Shown piece after piece: positions 59,954-64,000 of a DNA stretch of 64,000 nt. The translations under genes were made by a program, and so were the position numbers. The notes under the pieces were generated by a model, which worked only from the letters and a program-made list of their open reading frames with translations, had not been told where the DNA came from and ran no database searches. Every line of letters starts with the position of its first letter. The first letter of the stretch is position 1. Source of the DNA: Coleofasciculus chthonoplastes F2-STO-03 (GTDB lineage Bacteria; Cyanobacteriota; Cyanobacteriia; Cyanobacteriales; Coleofasciculaceae); assembly GCA_040222015.1 (NCBI GenBank), contig JAVJWO010000216.1, positions 62,656-126,655 on the forward strand, in the 5' to 3' direction.

Positions 59954-60958
59954 TCATCCCATTCCTCCCCAAATCAGCCGCGCTACCCAAAACGGAGCTA
60001 AAGTCGCGATCGCGATCCAGTCTCCCCAGTGTAAACGCAGTTGATGCCATTGGACTCGATGCTGGTTGGGACTGGTAAAACCACGCACTGTCATGGCTTT
60101 GGCAATTTGATCGGCTCGCATGAGTAGGTTTTCTAATAACCGTTCAGTCACCATAATCCAAACTTGAGCGCTGCGGCGAACCCCTAGCTTTTTCCAGTTA
60201 ATCGCCCGAGTCCGAATCGAACGAACTAAATTTTGCACTTCCTCCAAAACTAAGGGAATAAAACGCAAGGATAAGGTTAATGTCAGAGCAATTTCTGTAA
60301 CTGGAATATTCAGACGCCGTAAGGGAAGCATTAGACTTTCTAACCCGGCGGTAATTTCTTCTGGGGCGGTGGTGAGCAAGTAAAGATTGGTACTATAAAT
60401 TAGTGTAAAAATTACGGTACTGACCCGAACCGCTAGATCCAATGAGCGACGGGTAATCTTAACTGGACCGGCTTCCAGGAGAATATATCTGTAGTCCGTC
60501 GGTTGGGGTAAATTGGTCAGGATAACGGTTTCACTCTCAGAAGCCTCTGGAACCGATTCACGTCCGATGCCAAAGGGATTATACCAGGGTCTAGGTTGAG
60601 GCGATTCCTGTGCTGAGGTTTCAGCAGACTCAACCATGAGAATGTCCGCCTGCGGAAGCCGAGGCTGATGATCAACCGCCAATCCATCGGGTGCGATCGC
60701 GGTGAGAATAAAGACAAATACCGCTAGCATCAGCAGCCAACCCATTTGCTGACGCCAAACCCGTAACGGAATACGGGCTGACAGGGTGAACAAAATCAAT
60801 ACCACAACAACTGCCAAACGGCAATAGGGATTGGCTAATAAAGGTACTGCCAAAAAGCTCATTAACCAGATAAGTTTTACCCGAGAATCCAGGTAATGGA
60901 GCCAAGTTACAGGTTGTTCCAGGTATAGCCCTAACGGGAGCGATCGCAGTAAGTCCAT
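59954..60958 (-). CDS. ECF transporter transmembrane component T (CbiQ family)
   Basis: LDSRVKL, LRFIPLVLEE, AMTVRGF. Confidence 0.9.
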   Translation of the reverse strand: MDLLRSLPLGLYLEQPVTWLHYLDSRVKLIWLMSFLAVPLLANPYCRLAVVVVLILFTLSARIPLRVWRQQMGWLLMLAVFVFILTAIAPDGLAVDHQPRLPQADILMVESAETSAQESPQPRPWYNPFGIGRESVPEASESETVILTNLPQPTDYRYILLEAGPVKITRRSLDLAVRVSTVIFTLIYSTNLYLLTTAPEEITAGLESLMLPLRRLNIPVTEIALTLTLSLRFIPLVLEEVQNLVRSIRTRAINWKKLGVRRSAQVWIMVTERLLENLLMRADQIAKAMTVRGFTSPNQHRVQWHQLRLHWGDWIAIATLAPFWVARLIWGGMG

Positions 60959-61166
60959 GGTTTGTCATTCGTCATTCGTCATTCGTCATTCGTCATTCGT
61001 CATACTCGCTTTCATCAAGAAGCAAGCTACGTCATTCGTTATTCGGCAAAAGGGAATGGGGAATAGGCAAAAATATGCCCTCGAAGGTTGTCAAGAATCA
61101 ATGTATCCCATCTCACTATTGTTTTGACCATTGACAAAGGACATAAGACCAAGGACAAAGGACAAA

Positions 61167-62552
61167 TTAAACCCGAACGGCTCGATTAGCATTGCTGCTT
61201 TCAACATCGCGGACTTTCTTCCCACGCCATAATAGACGCAATGGTGTCCCGGTAAAACCCAGTTGTTGGCGAAATTGACGCTCAATATAGCGGCGATAGT
61301 TTTCATTAAATCGTTTCGGATCATTGACAAACAGGACAATCGTTGGGGGTTTAGTTTTAACCTGGGTGCCGTAGTAAATTTTGCCTTGGCGTCCTTGGCG
61401 GTTGGTGGGCGGGGAATGCCAGTTAATGGCTTCTGCAAGCACTTCATTAATCACAGACGTACTGACACGGCGCTGGTGTTCTGCGGCAACAGTATCGACT
61501 AAATCGAGAATTTTGTCTACTCGTTTTCCGGTTAAGGCGCTGACAAAAATCATCGGCGCCCATTCAATAAAATAGAGGCGATTTTTCAGCAGTTTTTCGT
61601 ATTCATAGATCGTATAGGTATCTTTTTCAATTGCATCCCATTTGTTGACCAAGATAACCGCCGCCCGTCCATCTTCAGCAATGCGTCCAGCAAGTTTTTG
61701 GTCTTGTTCGGTAACACCATCTAGGGCATCAACCACGAAGAGAACCACATCAGCACGGCGAATAGCTTTGAAGGCGCGATTAATGCCAAAAAATTCCGGT
61801 CCATATTCGACATTTTTCTTCCGGCGAATGCCTGCGGTATCAATAAGACGATAGAGTTGAGATTCACTCTCAGTTTCTGGGTTTCCGGGGCGTTCGACAA
61901 TCATATCAATGGCATCGCGGGTAGTACCAGAAACGGAACTGACGATCGCACGTTTTTCTCCCGTCAGGGCATTTAATAGACTAGATTTACCCACATTCGG
62001 ACGTCCGACAATCGCCACGTTGATTTCTAAGGTGTCGGGGAGTATTCCCACCGTGGGCAAATGAGTAATCAGTTGATCCAGGAGTTCTCCTGTTCCTGCA
62101 CCGTGAATCCCAGAGACAGGAAAGGGTTCACCTAAACCGAGTCCCCAAAACTCAGCCGCTTGGATCAGTCCTTGTTGGGGGGATTCGCACTTGTTTACAG
62201 CCAGAACAACCGGGACAGGGTGCTGGCGTAGCCAATCTGCGATCGCCTGATCAGCCGCCGTGGGACCCATTTGACCATCAACCACTAATATAGCGGCGCT
62301 GGCTTCGCTGAGGGCTGCCATTGCCTGTTCTCGAATCAGGGGCAGAAATTCGGTATCATCATCAAAAACCAAACCCCCGGTGTCTACAATCGAGTAATCT
62401 CGGTCTTGCCAGAACGCGGGTCGATAAGTGCGATCGCGGGTAACTCCCGGTTGATCATGGACAATCGCATCCATCACCCCGGCTAACCGATTAACAAGCG
62501 TTGATTTGCCCACATTCGGGCGTCCGATTACAGCAACTATTGGCAAACCCAT
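61167..62552 (-). CDS. der: Ribosome biogenesis GTPase Der
   Basis: Two GRPNVGKS G-domains, DTGG and DTAG, NKWD. Confidence 0.97.
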   Translation of the reverse strand: MGLPIVAVIGRPNVGKSTLVNRLAGVMDAIVHDQPGVTRDRTYRPAFWQDRDYSIVDTGGLVFDDDTEFLPLIREQAMAALSEASAAILVVDGQMGPTAADQAIADWLRQHPVPVVLAVNKCESPQQGLIQAAEFWGLGLGEPFPVSGIHGAGTGELLDQLITHLPTVGILPDTLEINVAIVGRPNVGKSSLLNALTGEKRAIVSSVSGTTRDAIDMIVERPGNPETESESQLYRLIDTAGIRRKKNVEYGPEFFGINRAFKAIRRADVVLFVVDALDGVTEQDQKLAGRIAEDGRAAVILVNKWDAIEKDTYTIYEYEKLLKNRLYFIEWAPMIFVSALTGKRVDKILDLVDTVAAEHQRRVSTSVINEVLAEAINWHSPPTNRQGRQGKIYYGTQVKTKPPTIVLFVNDPKRFNENYRRYIERQFRQQLGFTGTPLRLLWRGKKVRDVESSNANRAVRV

Positions 62553-62768
62553 CCTCTTTATCCCCCTTACAGATATGAAGCGTTACGCTCCAGTCTTCTA
62601 TTGTAGCGAGGTGAGAGGTAGTGGCGGATTACTCTATCATTTGTCATGGGATTAGAAAAGACCTTTGAAGTTTGACGTTCTCATCCTATCGCCTCCCCTT
62701 CTGCTCAAACCGCCAGAAGTGCAGGTTCTGCGTTAATCGAATGCTTTTGGGAGTGCGATCGCTCTCAA

Positions 62769-63143
62769 TTACAAAATCTGCACTGACTGAGTGTTAATTT
62801 CTGTCAAATTAGTTAATTTTACATCATTAGTAAACAATGTTGCATTTAAAACTTGTGCAGTTGCAGCAATTATTGCATCAGGAAGTCTCAGTTTGTATTG
62901 TTTCCGAAATGTAATTGCTAAATCTTTGATATTACTCTCAAGTTCCACCACTATAAGCTTGGCTAAGAAATCCCGAATCTGTACTTCTTCATCTGAACTG
63001 AGACTGGGATAGGATAACAATTCAATTTCAGTAATCACTGACACAAAATACTGTTCTGACAGTAACGGGTTAGTTAAACGCCCCCCTAAGAAGTACAAAA
63101 CTACATTCGTATCCAATACAATTAAATTCTGCGTCAATGCCAC
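62769..63143 (-). CDS. PIN-domain VapC toxin
   Basis: LDTNV, ITEIEL, LPDAIIAATA, TND. Confidence 0.9.
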   Translation of the reverse strand: MALTQNLIVLDTNVVLYFLGGRLTNPLLSEQYFVSVITEIELLSYPSLSSDEEVQIRDFLAKLIVVELESNIKDLAITFRKQYKLRLPDAIIAATAQVLNATLFTNDVKLTNLTEINTQSVQIL

Positions 63144-63364
63144 TCATCCCTCATTTGCTGCTGATACTCCAAAGGATCTTGAGTTAATTGAATCACACCT
63201 GCATACTGGTTTAAATTAAATTCTTGTTTTTGTTGTAATTGATAAGCCTCTAATAGTTGCTCAATTTTCTGCCAGTCCTGATAATCAATCAACACCGCAA
63301 CAGGACGCATCGCTTCATCAGTCACAATTTTTTTATTAAAACTGAGCATAATAGTCTGCTTCAT
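63134..63364 (-). CDS. Putative antitoxin of the VapC toxin
   Basis: Overlaps the toxin start; ends DPLEYQQQMRDEW. Confidence 0.75.
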   Translation of the reverse strand: MKQTIMLSFNKKIVTDEAMRPVAVLIDYQDWQKIEQLLEAYQLQQKQEFNLNQYAGVIQLTQDPLEYQQQMRDEWH

Positions 63365-63457
63365 AACAACGTCTAACTTTTCTATCGTAGCTCCAAAGCC
63401 AAAACATTGTAGAGACGTTGCATGCAACGTCTGGAACAATCTGGACATAACTTCCGT

Positions 63458-63703
63458 TCAACCTTCCTGATCACTCTTGAGGAAATCACCCACGTACAAT
63501 CGGATAAATTCTGCTGCTGCATCAGGATTGAGGCTATGAAGTGCCTCAGCAATCTGCACCACGGTTTCGGCTGAGGGATCTCGATTTTCGTGAAACCAGT
63601 GAAATACAACTGAACGATCAACCTTCAAAGTTACGGCTAGCTTGTTTTGACTGATGCCGTATGTCTCCAATGCTTGTCTGAGAGCTTTTCCCGCTTTTCC
63701 CAT
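63458..63703 (-). CDS. XRE-family helix-turn-helix regulator
   Basis: ISQNKLAV.L.V.RS.V..W....RDP. Confidence 0.88.
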   Translation of the reverse strand: MGKAGKALRQALETYGISQNKLAVTLKVDRSVVFHWFHENRDPSAETVVQIAEALHSLNPDAAAEFIRLYVGDFLKSDQEG

Positions 63704-63738
63704 ACCTCTAATCGTGTCAGAGGATGATCCGCAAGTAA

Positions 63739-63800
63739 ATGTTGTTGTAACTCACAACATCTGCCAGAATTGATCTAGATGTTGTTGGTTACAACAACAT
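63739..63800. promoter_or_regulatory. Pair of 22-bp palindromic operators
   Basis: ATGTTGT-N8-ACAACAT at 63739-63760 and 63779-63800, between divergent genes. Confidence 0.75.
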
Positions 63801-63827
63801 CGTTAGGTATAAATCAGGTGAACTCAA

Positions 63828-64000
63828 ATGCAAGCGTACTTTCTACCTAATGCCAGCGGATTGCCCTCTGCTGAGGTTTCTATCCAGGCTTCCACTGATC
63901 CGGTTTCCAGGAAAGAATTTATTAAGGTGATGGTTATCGGTTCCCGTAAAGGGATCAACAGCATTATCAAAACCCTGCATCGCTTACGGTTTGCGGAGGT
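63828..64000 (+). CDS. Small cyanobacterial hypothetical protein divergent from the XRE gene (partial)
   Basis: MQAYFL...IKVMVIGSRKGINSIIKTLHRLRFAE, open to the window end. Confidence 0.65.
   Translation, partial: MQAYFLPNASGLPSAEVSIQASTDPVSRKEFIKVMVIGSRKGINSIIKTLHRLRFAE

Noticed and set aside
1..64000. tRNA or rRNA genes
   Set aside because: None recognised.

Overview
Chromosomal window from a cyanobacterium. This is inferred from abundant HIP1 GCGATCGC sites, heptamer STRR arrays, CP12 and Tic20 genes, and pentapeptide-repeat proteins; it is probably a filamentous Oscillatoriales-type organism. Housekeeping genes (aroQ, cinA, glyA, rpsF, codA, der, ecfT, spoIID, a giant CheA-like kinase) are interleaved with accessory DNA. 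Main observations, several absent from the ORF track: (1) a decaying defence island of recQ-PRTase + dprA (RqlH/RqlI-like), an HNH nuclease fragment, a cas2 pseudogene and a 12-repeat type I-D-like CRISPR array. The last repeat is fused to the start of an intact cas6, so Cas6 could bind and cut its own translation-initiation region. (2) A lipoxygenase divergent from an edge-truncated cytochrome P450 that lacks the I-helix acid-alcohol pair, a candidate LOX plus CYP74-like oxylipin pathway. (3) A complete IsrB/omega-RNA element inserted after codon 9 of an RHH-histidine kinase gene, with a reconstructable empty site and ATGA TAM. (4) Three protein-less guide-RNA cassettes: one IscB/HEARO-type omega-RNA and two TnpB-type reRNA elements. 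(5) Nested MITEs and very small dispersed repeats. All family calls come from motif recognition by eye; no database searches were run.
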